DNA from: Patescibacteria group bacterium
GTDB taxonomy: Bacteria > Patescibacteriota > Patescibacteriia > 2-01-FULL-39-33
Assembly (NCBI GenBank): GCA_041649575.1
Contig: JBAZMW010000001.1
Span: 23,944-87,943 of the forward strand
Direction of reading: 5' to 3'
Length of the DNA stretch: 64,000 bases
Part shown: piece by piece, positions 55,574 to 64,000 of the stretch
Position numbering within the stretch: position 1 is the first letter of the stretch
Layout of the letters: each line of letters begins with the position of its first letter
The notes under the pieces: model-generated
Told to the model about the DNA's origin: nothing
The model's input: the letters and a program-made list of their open reading frames with translations, nothing else
Databases searched by the model: none
Position numbers and translations under genes: made by a program

Positions 55574-56455
55574 TTAGGCCATGGTTCGCAATTTTTTTAT
55601 ACGGTCATCAAGAGGGGGATGAGTGGAAAAAGCGTTAGTAAAAATTTTTTTGCTTTTGGCAAAAGGATTGGCAATATACAAATGGGCGGTAGCGCCACTG
55701 GCCCTGATTAAAACAGCTGGGTCGTTTTTGATTTTTTCCAAAGCTCGAGCCAAGCCTTCTGGATAACGGGTTAAGAGTGAGCCGGCAGCGTCGGCCAGAT
55801 ATTCACGGTTGCGAGAAATTGCTAACTTTATCAGTTGAGCGATTAAAGGCGAGACAATAATTAAGATAAGGCCTAAAATCATTAAAACCGAACCGCCGTT
55901 TTCGTTATTGTTTCTCCGGCCACGGAAAAAGCTACCACGCCAAAACCAGTCGGCCAAAAGAACAATCACACTGACCAGAACTATGACAACAGTCATTAAC
56001 CGGATGTCATAGTTTTTGATATGAGAGAGCTCATGGGCAATGACGCCTTCCAGCTCCTCATTCTCTAATTTAGCGACAGCGCCGGTGGTGATGGCCAGAG
56101 AGGAGTGCCGGGGATCGCGGCCGGCGGCAAAAGCATTGATGGCCGGGTCATTGATCAGATAAATTTTCGGCAGCGGCAAGCCGGCAGTGAGACAGAGGTT
56201 TTCCACCAGCCGATAGACATAGGCGTTTTCGTTTTTGGTGATAGCTTTGGCGCCGGCAGCCGCCAGGGCCAGCTTATCGCCGGAAAAATAACCAAGCAGA
56301 CTCAGGGCGATCGAGATAGCCGCAGCGATTAGCAAAACGCCATTGCCATATTCGGTGAGATAACCGAGGAGGTAGCCCAGAAGAGAAATCAGAGCGATAA
56401 AAATAATAATTAAAATCCAGGTTTTACGTTTGTTGGAATCAATTTGGGAATACAT
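55574..56455 (-). CDS. htpX: zinc metalloprotease HtpX (M48 family)
   Basis: 'HELSHIKNYD' is the HExxH motif. There are four TM segments. Length is 293 aa. Confidence 0.85.
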   Translation of the reverse strand: MYSQIDSNKRKTWILIIIFIALISLLGYLLGYLTEYGNGVLLIAAAISIALSLLGYFSGDKLALAAAGAKAITKNENAYVYRLVENLCLTAGLPLPKIYLINDPAINAFAAGRDPRHSSLAITTGAVAKLENEELEGVIAHELSHIKNYDIRLMTVVIVLVSVIVLLADWFWRGSFFRGRRNNNENGGSVLMILGLILIIVSPLIAQLIKLAISRNREYLADAAGSLLTRYPEGLARALEKIKNDPAVLIRASGATAHLYIANPFAKSKKIFTNAFSTHPPLDDRIKKLRTMA

Positions 56456-56598
56456 AAAACTAATAATTCAAAATTATTTTTTGTTTCTGCCGGATTGATC
56501 AAATTGAAGCCGGTTCCAGAGGATAATTTTCAAACAAATTGATGATAATCCAATTTTTTTAAATTAAAAAATCACTCGCCTGGTTTGAAAATTAGAAT

Positions 56599-57156
56599 TT
56601 AAAATTTTACCGTCACGTTTTCTTTCTCGCCAGCTTCAGTTTCAAAAAAAGCGAATTCTTTAAAACCCAAGGCGTTGCCTATTAAGTTATTGGGGAAGAT
56701 TTGAATCTTAATGTTAAAGTCACGCACGTTACCGTTGTAGAAGCGTCTAGCTGCTTGGATTTTATTTTCGGTGTCGGCGAGCTCATCTTGTAGCTGCAAA
56801 AAATTTTGGTTGGCTTTGAGGTCGGGGTAGCTTTCGGCCAAGGCAAAGATGGATTTTAAAGTAGCGGAAAGAGCGTTTTCCGCTTTGGCTTTTTCTTCCA
56901 AATTGGCGCCCGGCTTCATGGCGGCGTTTCTGGCTTCGATAACTTTTTGCAAAGTTTCCTGTTCGTGTTTGGCATAACCTTTGACCGTTTCCACTAAGTT
57001 AGGAATCAAATCGTGGCGTCTTTTTAACTGGACGTCAATATCGGACATAGCTTCGTCAGTCCTGGTTTTTAGCTTAATTAAGCTATTATAAACCGCTATC
57101 AGCCAAACAATTATGATGGCTATGGCGGCCAAAACAACCCAAAGAATATCAGTCAT
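56599..57156 (-). CDS. lemA: LemA family protein (second copy)
   Basis: 'DIDVQLKRRHDLIPNLVETVKGYAKHEQETL…ESYPDLKANQNFLQLQDELADTENKIQAARRFYNG'. Confidence 0.8.
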   Translation of the reverse strand: MTDILWVVLAAIAIIIVWLIAVYNSLIKLKTRTDEAMSDIDVQLKRRHDLIPNLVETVKGYAKHEQETLQKVIEARNAAMKPGANLEEKAKAENALSATLKSIFALAESYPDLKANQNFLQLQDELADTENKIQAARRFYNGNVRDFNIKIQIFPNNLIGNALGFKEFAFFETEAGEKENVTVKF

Positions 57157-57309
57157 ATTTTTTAAATTATTTATTAGCTTTGATTTAGAGCTTTATTTTG
57201 TGTTATAATTTAAATAAATAGTTTTAATTTTTACTGTTTTATTGTATAATAAATTGTATAACATGACTGTTGATAAGTCAATTTATTTAAACTCTGGAAG
57301 GTGACAACT

Positions 57310-58635
57310 ATGAGATGGCCAAGAGCCAAAGGATCTAAATTGTTAATCGTCAATTTCTTGACGTTTTTGGTTATTTTGGCGTGTTTGACGTTGGCTGGCA
57401 AAAACATTGCAGCCCAAACCGCGATTTGGCATGAGCCAGAAGGGACGCCGCCCAACAACAATGTGCCCGCACCTTTAAATATTAATACCAAGTTTGTAGG
57501 CGATAATTTATCGCTTGAGGGTGGCTGGGACTATGGTTTAGGAGCCATGAAACTCACTTTGTCCGGCTGCAACAATGCCAACGAGGTTCTTAAGTGGGAC
57601 AATGACCAAGAAAAATGGGTTTGCGGTGAAGCCCAGGCCAATAATTTGTTAAGCGTCTTGCAAAAAAGTTCTGACGCCAGCGAATTTACTGGCAATGTTT
57701 TGATTGGCAGTGAAACCAACGGGGCTAATTTGTATTTAGGCGGTGAATTTACAAGTAAATGGCTTCATGCCACTGCCCAAGGCGACAACAGTATTCTGGG
57801 TAATTTGGGTTTGGGCACTATTACTCCACGAGCCAAACTTCATATCTTCGATTTGAGCAAAAACGCTGAAATCGACTTACAAAGCGTTGATGGCGAGGGC
57901 AATCACTGGGCTATTTATCATGACGCCTCTAGTAATTCTTTGCGTTTTTGGAACAATAAAGCGCCAGGTGACAAAAATGTTATTTCCTTGGGAGACGGAG
58001 GAAAATTGGGACTGGGCACCGTTAATCCCAATAGTAATTTGCATATTTACGACAGTTCTAAGAATGCAGAAATAGATATTCAAAGCGGCGGTGGCAGCAA
58101 TGAGCATTGGGCTATTTACCATGATGCCAGTAGCGGTGATTTAAGGTTTTGGAAGGACGATAACGATGGCAATTCTAATAACGACAACCAGGTTAAAATC
58201 AATAAACAGGGAATAATTACTGCCGAAGATTTTTGTTCGGAATCCGGGAAATGTTTAAGCGGCGGCTTAGGTTTTATGGGTCAGACCAGCCAGGAATTCA
58301 CGGGCGCGTCCGGGGGATATAAGGGAGCCAACGCCAAATGTTCGGCACAGTATCAGAATAGCCACGTTTGCAGTACGGACGAAATCCTGGCTTTGATTAA
58401 TAAAGGATTATCGCCGAATTCTGGTTGGGGCTGGATCTCTAACGGGCCGCCAGGATTTCCGGCGATCATCCCCAACTATAAATCGCGAGTCAATGATTGT
58501 AATGGTTGGACTAACGGTACCGGCGATATCAATGGAGAAAAAACTTATGGTAATTGGTGGCAGTTTGATAGTAATGGCGGTCGAGGATATTTGGTAAATT
58601 GTAATGTCGATATGCCGTTTTTGTGCTGTCATTAG
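57310..58635 (+). CDS. secreted repeat protein (3x ~40-aa 'KLHIFD..KNAEID.QS…HWAIYHDASS..LRFW' repeats) with Cys-rich C-terminal domain
   Basis: AGGTGA lies 6 nt before the ATG at 57310; the ORF-track GTG at 57301 is less likely. It has a signal peptide and internal repeats related to those of ORF 58672. Confidence 0.5.
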   Translation: MRWPRAKGSKLLIVNFLTFLVILACLTLAGKNIAAQTAIWHEPEGTPPNNNVPAPLNINTKFVGDNLSLEGGWDYGLGAMKLTLSGCNNANEVLKWDNDQEKWVCGEAQANNLLSVLQKSSDASEFTGNVLIGSETNGANLYLGGEFTSKWLHATAQGDNSILGNLGLGTITPRAKLHIFDLSKNAEIDLQSVDGEGNHWAIYHDASSNSLRFWNNKAPGDKNVISLGDGGKLGLGTVNPNSNLHIYDSSKNAEIDIQSGGGSNEHWAIYHDASSGDLRFWKDDNDGNSNNDNQVKINKQGIITAEDFCSESGKCLSGGLGFMGQTSQEFTGASGGYKGANAKCSAQYQNSHVCSTDEILALINKGLSPNSGWGWISNGPPGFPAIIPNYKSRVNDCNGWTNGTGDINGEKTYGNWWQFDSNGGRGYLVNCNVDMPFLCCH

Positions 58636-58671
58636 GCGTTTTAAAAGCTTAAATAAAATTAATTAAAAAAT

Positions 58672-61600
58672 ATGAACAGTAAAATCGTTTTTAAGACATT
58701 AATGCCAATAGCGGTAATGGCATTACTTTTTACGTCTTTAGCTCTGGTGGCCCAAGCGGCGCCCAATACCACGTGTCCAGGCTCTGGCGGCGGTATTGAG
58801 TGTCCCAGCTCCAAACCTTTTTTGTGTGGCGGGGTCTGTGTGGGCTCTTTACCAGTGCAGCCGCAGGATCCGGATCCTAATAATTACACTCTTGATTGTG
58901 ACACTTGCCAATGGGTGTGTTATGGAGGAGCGGTCAGCTGTAATGGTTTGTGTAGAGCATCACAAGCCGGCCAAACTTGTGATTGGTCAGATGCCGCCGA
59001 TACCGATGACGGCAAAAAGGACGCCTGTGGCAGCTGCGCCTCCTGTAATACTCCCACTTATTTGGATTGTCGTGATGTCAGCCGAGGCTGTGCCCGACCG
59101 GACGAATTTACCACTTGCGTCGGCGCTAACTGCAACACAACTACAGGAGAATGCAATTCCGGTTTTGCCAAAGATTCCTGCGGTCGTTGCGTCTCTAATG
59201 TTTATACCCCGGTTTATCTTAATTATTATGAGCCACAAACTGGAAATGTAGCTATTTCTGGCAACTTAAGAACCTCCAATGGTGATTTATATTTAAGCAG
59301 CACCAAAGCCATCAGAGTCGATGGCCTTGGTCAGACAGCTCTAAATATTGGCAACTGGGACGCTAATGGAGAGGGAGTGCAATTGGGTGTTTGGGGGAGC
59401 TTGAGGGTTGGTGATCTTAAAAATTATTGGCAAACAGGAACTGCGGAAGTCAGTATCAATGGTTCGCCGGCAAAAATCGCTGTTTTAAGCGCTGTTTCTG
59501 CCGACGGCCAGTTCCCGATAGGCGCTATCGCCAACGGAGTGGCAATTCTTTCGACAGAAAATTCCGGCAGTGATCCGTTTATCGATTTGGTTGACGGAAA
59601 TGACAGTAGTGAGTCTCTTAACCTGAGATACAATCGCGCTTCCCGAACAACCAGTTTGACCGGATCAGGTAAATATTTTATCGATGGGCCGATTTATTTG
59701 TGGGGCGGAGAATATATTTCAGCCGGCAAAGAAGAGGGTAATTGGGGATTAAATCTGGGGGTTAATGGTGTTGATAGAATGACAATTGCCAGTGGCGGCA
59801 ACGTTGGGATTGATACTGGCACCGTCGCTCCGGCTTCCAGGCTGACGGTTTTTGGCAACGCGCAATTTGGCGATGAAAAAAATTATTGGAAATTTGAGAA
59901 TACGCCCTTAACAGTTAATGGCCAAACAATCACCGTGGCCTTAGCCAGAGGCAATTCCGGCGATGGCCAGTGGCCGCTTGGCGCCATTGCTAACGGCGTG
60001 GCAGTTTTGGCAGAGGGCGCTGGCAGCAGTCCCTTTCTCATTTTCGTTAATAAGAATAACATGGAAAATGCCTTTACCTTGGGCTATAACCCTACTTCCA
60101 AAAACGCCTTGTTTACCGGCGCCGATAGTTATTCTTTCGATAATAAAATTAGCCTTGGCGGCGGTGGTGAATATATTTATTCTCCCAGAGACGGGAATGA
60201 TCCGGACAGGTGGTCCTTAAAATTTTTTACTGGTTTTAATAACGCCATGACTATCGCCAATAGCGGTAATGTCGGCATTGGCACCAGCCAGCCACAGCAA
60301 AAGTTAGATGTTAATGGAGCTATTCGGCTTGCCGGTCAAGCCCAAGAAACAGATCAGGCGCTTTATAATATTAATGGCGAGCTTTATTGGAACGGCAGCA
60401 AATTAGGTTCTGGACAAGGCGGTTCTGATTGGGTCAAGGTGGGCAATAATCTTGTTTATACCGGCGGCAATGTCGGTATTGGCACCACCAACCCGACCAG
60501 CGGGCTTGAAGTCAGTGGCCAAATAGCAGTTAAAGCGGTTAATGGCACTGGTGACGGCTGGGATTATTCTAGTTTTGTTTTGGATTCGACCGACAACAGT
60601 AAATGGGGATTAGTCCATCGGCAAGCCGAAAGCAGCCCCCAATTGCAGCACAGTCTTAATATCGAATATAATTCACCAGGCGGGTTTAGTTATAACAGAA
60701 TGCTGACTATTATGCCACCAACTAAAGACTTGAGCGGCTTAAGTCCTTTGACCATCATGGGTAATGGCGATGTTTTAATGCCAAACAGAGTTGCGATAGC
60801 TAGATTGAATCTTGGTAGTAATAGCAGTGATGCAGCCCCCTCTATTACCGGTAATGTTGGAGCATTATCGTTTTTGACCAATAACCAACAAAGAATGATG
60901 GTTGATCTTGGTGGAAATGTGGGCATTGGTCTGGATAATCCCGGGCAAAAGTTAGATGTCAGTGGCGTGATTAGAGCGCAGGAGAACGGCGCGGCCAGAA
61001 TTATTGCCGAAGGAAAGGGCAATGGTTGGGATTATGCCAATATTCTTCTTAAAGGTGATACTGGCTCCGGCCCCAATGGTGGCAATACTTGGTCTTTGTC
61101 GCATCGTCAGGCTAGCGATTCAGGCAGTGAGTACAAAGACGCCTTGATTGTGGAGTATAATGACAGCAGTAATAATAGCCATGATATGATCTGGGTTCAG
61201 GCGCCAATAATCGGTATGGAATCGGGACTTAGACCCTTTATGATAAAAAGCAACGGTGATATTCATATGAGTATGAATTTGTCGGTTGGCGGCAAGGTCG
61301 ATAGCAGCAACATCAGTATTACTGGTAAGAGTGGCGGTGATAATCCAGAGTTGAGGATGAACATGTCTGGTGATAATTATTGGGCGTTATATGGTGACAA
61401 AAACGGCCAAGGAGATTTTAGGATTTGGAATCAAACCATCCCGGGAGATAAGAATGCTCTGGTTGTAAAACAAAATACTGGCAATGTTGGTATTGGAGTG
61501 ACTAGTCCGACCCAAAAATTAGATATAGCCGGCAACCTGAAGGTACAGGTAAATACTGCCTCTGCCGCTCCTGCTGCTTGCAGTGCCGCCGAAGAGGGAA

Positions 61601-61692
61601 CAATAAAATATGTGCGAGTAGGCAACGCCGGCCACTATTACGGTTGTGCCAGAACCAGCGCCACGGCTTTGAGCTGGAGGAGACTGGAATAG
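58672..61692 (+). CDS. large secreted tail-fibre-like repeat protein (Cys-rich N-domain plus repeated 'GNVGIGT..P..KLDV.G' motifs)
   Basis: Signal peptide and a 20-Cys N-terminal module. There are 5 or more repeats: 'GNVGIGTSQPQQKLDVNGAIRL', 'GNVGIGTTNPTSGLEVSGQIAV', 'GNVGIGLDNPGQKLDVSGVIRA' and 'GNVGIGVTSPTQKLDIAGNLKV'. Confidence 0.55.
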   Translation: MNSKIVFKTLMPIAVMALLFTSLALVAQAAPNTTCPGSGGGIECPSSKPFLCGGVCVGSLPVQPQDPDPNNYTLDCDTCQWVCYGGAVSCNGLCRASQAGQTCDWSDAADTDDGKKDACGSCASCNTPTYLDCRDVSRGCARPDEFTTCVGANCNTTTGECNSGFAKDSCGRCVSNVYTPVYLNYYEPQTGNVAISGNLRTSNGDLYLSSTKAIRVDGLGQTALNIGNWDANGEGVQLGVWGSLRVGDLKNYWQTGTAEVSINGSPAKIAVLSAVSADGQFPIGAIANGVAILSTENSGSDPFIDLVDGNDSSESLNLRYNRASRTTSLTGSGKYFIDGPIYLWGGEYISAGKEEGNWGLNLGVNGVDRMTIASGGNVGIDTGTVAPASRLTVFGNAQFGDEKNYWKFENTPLTVNGQTITVALARGNSGDGQWPLGAIANGVAVLAEGAGSSPFLIFVNKNNMENAFTLGYNPTSKNALFTGADSYSFDNKISLGGGGEYIYSPRDGNDPDRWSLKFFTGFNNAMTIANSGNVGIGTSQPQQKLDVNGAIRLAGQAQETDQALYNINGELYWNGSKLGSGQGGSDWVKVGNNLVYTGGNVGIGTTNPTSGLEVSGQIAVKAVNGTGDGWDYSSFVLDSTDNSKWGLVHRQAESSPQLQHSLNIEYNSPGGFSYNRMLTIMPPTKDLSGLSPLTIMGNGDVLMPNRVAIARLNLGSNSSDAAPSITGNVGALSFLTNNQQRMMVDLGGNVGIGLDNPGQKLDVSGVIRAQENGAARIIAEGKGNGWDYANILLKGDTGSGPNGGNTWSLSHRQASDSGSEYKDALIVEYNDSSNNSHDMIWVQAPIIGMESGLRPFMIKSNGDIHMSMNLSVGGKVDSSNISITGKSGGDNPELRMNMSGDNYWALYGDKNGQGDFRIWNQTIPGDKNALVVKQNTGNVGIGVTSPTQKLDIAGNLKVQVNTASAAPAACSAAEEGTIKYVRVGNAGHYYGCARTSATALSWRRLE

Positions 61693-61705
61693 TCTAAAAT
61701 GGTAA

Positions 61706-63517
61706 ATGCTAAAGAAAAAATTTAAATATTTTTTAGGAATTGTTTTGGTGGGTATAATTGCCGCGACTGGTTTGTTGTTTTACAATTTTAAGACATTGCA
61801 AGCGCAGAACTCCGATTATGATTTGGCCGGTTGGCTTTGGAGTGATAATTATGGCTGGATTTCTCTGAGTTCGGATAATTGCAAACTGCCCGATTGCATT
61901 CCCGGCCCTAATGATTATGGCGTTAGATTAAATTCAAACAATACGGTTAGTGGCTATGCCTGGTCGAATAATGTTGGCTGGATCTGTTTTGGCGAAACTT
62001 GTTCGGGAGTCGCGCCCGATGGCGGAGGCCCGAGGATCGTTTTGGATGATAACAGCGGTCGATTGAGCGGCTGGGCCAAGGTGGTTTCCCTGGCAGATCA
62101 GGGCTGGATAAGTTTGGGTAGTGGAGAGGTTTTGGGCGAGATTAAAGGCGAAATATGCTATGACTGCAAACCGGTTTGCGAGGATTGGACGGCTTACAGG
62201 AGGTGTGACGGCAAGGGCTGCCAAGAATCAAACACCAAGTGCCAGGCAGGCGAGATCGGCTGCACCAATGTCGAGCCTTGCGTGGTTTATTCGGAAGAAA
62301 AATATGAACGTTGCAACACTTGTTTTTCAGAAACTTTTTTTTGCAACAATGAGAATGATTGCCGTCAGCCGCCCGATTCCGATCCGGTGGTTGGAGGCAG
62401 CGGGAAGATTTGTTCAGATTGCCAATTAAATTGTCATAAAGAATTTGATCCTTTAAAAAAGAATAATCGGATCGTCTGCGATAAATGTTTCAGGTGCAGA
62501 AATTATGGGGTTAGCTCCGAGGTTTTGGCTGATTTTAGCAACGGTGAAATTCTGGGTTGGGGCTGGAACGGCATAAAAGAAGGAAGCAACTGGGTGGGTG
62601 GAGCCGGTTGGGTGCATTTTAATACCGGTCGGGGAGCCTTTATTGTTTATCCTTGGCTGGAAACATTGTATGGCGCGATCTATAGCTCTAATGAGGTCAG
62701 GCAAAGAGCCGGATTAATTGATAATAATGCAACTTATTGTATTTTTGCCAAAGACGTGATTAGGGTTAGTTCAGCGCGCTGTGAGGAAAGAGTAATTAGT
62801 GATGTCAATATTAATTTTCCGAGCTTGGAAGCGGAGACAAATTATCGCAATGCTTTAGGCAAAATAGATTACACTGGACTGGTGACGCCGGTGGTTGTTG
62901 AAGGCAAAACTAACAAATACGGCAACGAAATAATCAAAATAGGCGATGGCTGGCTTGGTCCTCAAGGAAATGTTTTAGACGACAAAGTCTATTATCGCGA
63001 AGGCGATCTGACGATTGGCAGCTCGGGGTTGGTTTTCAATAATGCTCCGGAAGATTCGCAACAGAAGGGCAACGGGATAATTGTGATTGATGGAGATTTG
63101 AGGGTTAATGGCGACGTGTCCTATAATGGCCAATTAACCGATGATTTAAGACAGCTGTCTTCGGTAGCCTGGCTGGTCAGGGGCGATGTAATAATTAATG
63201 GCGACGTCAAGAGATTGGCTGGAGCATTTATAATTATGGGCAAAGGCAATGATTGCGAAGAGCTGGCTGGTTCACAGCCGGATTACCCGCATTACCGACA
63301 AAACAGTTGTGGCGTATTTTTTTCTGGAGAATCGGACAAGTCGCTGACTTCCCTGGGTTTAATTATTTCCAGAGCGTTTGATTTCCGTCGCACGTTTGCT
63401 AGTCGTAAACAAGGGGCAGAGAGAATAATTTACGATGGCCGTTTGATCGCCAACCCGCCGCCAGGCCTGGAAGGGTTTGTGGAAAAGCTGCCAGTTATCA
63501 GAGATTTTTCATTTTAA
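61706..63517 (+). CDS. secreted Cys-rich protein with repeated 'GW(I/V)' aromatic motifs
   Basis: N-terminal TM/signal, 'GWLWSDNYGWISLSS' and 'SNNVGWICFGETC' repeats, and many Cys in the central region. Confidence 0.45.
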   Translation: MLKKKFKYFLGIVLVGIIAATGLLFYNFKTLQAQNSDYDLAGWLWSDNYGWISLSSDNCKLPDCIPGPNDYGVRLNSNNTVSGYAWSNNVGWICFGETCSGVAPDGGGPRIVLDDNSGRLSGWAKVVSLADQGWISLGSGEVLGEIKGEICYDCKPVCEDWTAYRRCDGKGCQESNTKCQAGEIGCTNVEPCVVYSEEKYERCNTCFSETFFCNNENDCRQPPDSDPVVGGSGKICSDCQLNCHKEFDPLKKNNRIVCDKCFRCRNYGVSSEVLADFSNGEILGWGWNGIKEGSNWVGGAGWVHFNTGRGAFIVYPWLETLYGAIYSSNEVRQRAGLIDNNATYCIFAKDVIRVSSARCEERVISDVNINFPSLEAETNYRNALGKIDYTGLVTPVVVEGKTNKYGNEIIKIGDGWLGPQGNVLDDKVYYREGDLTIGSSGLVFNNAPEDSQQKGNGIIVIDGDLRVNGDVSYNGQLTDDLRQLSSVAWLVRGDVIINGDVKRLAGAFIIMGKGNDCEELAGSQPDYPHYRQNSCGVFFSGESDKSLTSLGLIISRAFDFRRTFASRKQGAERIIYDGRLIANPPPGLEGFVEKLPVIRDFSF

Positions 63518-63544
63518 TTTAAGAGATAAAAAGTTTAAATTCCT

Positions 63545-64000
63545 ATGGGATTATTATCGAAGCAAATAAGTTATGTGGGGGTGGATTTGGGGTCGGCTTC
63601 AATCAAGATTGTGGAGCTGGCCAATATTAACCATCGTCCCAAATTAATCACTTACGGTTTTACCGAAAAAAAATTAGCCGGTTGGGCCGGTGAAGATGCC
63701 CTGGAACGAACGGAAGAGACGGCGCAGGTAATCAAAGATGTTTATAGTAAGGCCAGAATCGGCTCGTCTAAAGCGATTGCCGCCTTGCCGAATTTTTCGG
63801 TTTTTACTTCCATTCTAAATTTGCCGGAGATGCCCAAAAAAGAATTAGCCTCGGCAATCGGCTGGGAAGCCAAGAAAATTATTCCGATGCCTTTGGAAGA
63901 TATTATTTTGGATTGGAAAGTAATCAAAGAAACGGCCGAAGACGGTAAGGTTTTAAAAAATAATGGCATTAACCCTGGCGCAGAAATCAATCTCCAGGAG
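63545..64000 (+). CDS. pilM: type IV pilus assembly protein PilM (5' portion; continues beyond window)
   Basis: 'VGVDLGSASIKIVEL' is the actin-like ATPase phosphate-1 motif typical of PilM/FtsA. It is open to the window end. Confidence 0.6.
   Translation, partial: MGLLSKQISYVGVDLGSASIKIVELANINHRPKLITYGFTEKKLAGWAGEDALERTEETAQVIKDVYSKARIGSSKAIAALPNFSVFTSILNLPEMPKKELASAIGWEAKKIIPMPLEDIILDWKVIKETAEDGKVLKNNGINPGAEINLQE

Overview
This window looks like a low-GC, gene-dense genome of a Candidate Phyla Radiation / Patescibacteria-like bacterium. That reading is inferred from composition, small compact genes, giant surface proteins and weak Shine-Dalgarno use. Housekeeping genes I recognise are the two subunits of a 2-oxoacid:ferredoxin oxidoreductase (alpha/beta), uvrA, leuS, rsmA/ksgA, recG, radA, clpC, htpX, a FemAB-family peptidoglycan bridge transferase, two LemA genes and a TPM-domain gene. 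There are three tRNAs: Ser-GCU, Ser-UGA and Arg (anticodon read as GCG). The accessory content is large. (1) A roughly 22 kb block at 19.6-42.3 kb encodes a Ca-binding repeat protein, a 3865-aa cysteine-rich surface protein with several CBM-like modules, a VirB6-like polytopic membrane protein, two tandem paralogous unknown proteins, a PrgI/VirB3-like protein, a VirB4-family ATPase interrupted by one in-frame TAA, a possible VirB8-like protein and ComFC. Together these look like a Gram-positive-type type IV secretion / DNA-uptake-like apparatus with no VirD4 or relaxase. (2) A 5.3 kb cassette lies between clpC and radA. It carries two paralogous secreted proteins that share a 212-bp, ~99 %-identical pilin-like membrane module. 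One of them is fused to a GH24 (T4-type) lysozyme domain. The cassette also has a DsbA-like protein, a TolB-like beta-propeller and a K/E-rich membrane protein. (3) Two GC-rich islands are unlike the host in composition: 10.4-12.0 kb, which encodes an OMP-like beta-barrel, and 45.6-46.3 kb, which has two consensus sigma70 promoters driving tiny zinc-ribbon and HTH ORFs. (4) A 141-bp miniature inverted-repeat element sits in frame inside the FemAB-family gene. (5) A complete alpha/beta serine-hydrolase domain is inserted into LeuS. (6) An 18-bp duplicate of the tRNA-Ser 3' end lies 155 bp downstream of that tRNA. Downstream are tail-fibre-like repeat surface proteins and the start of pilM. I saw no CRISPR array, rRNA, integrase or transposase.
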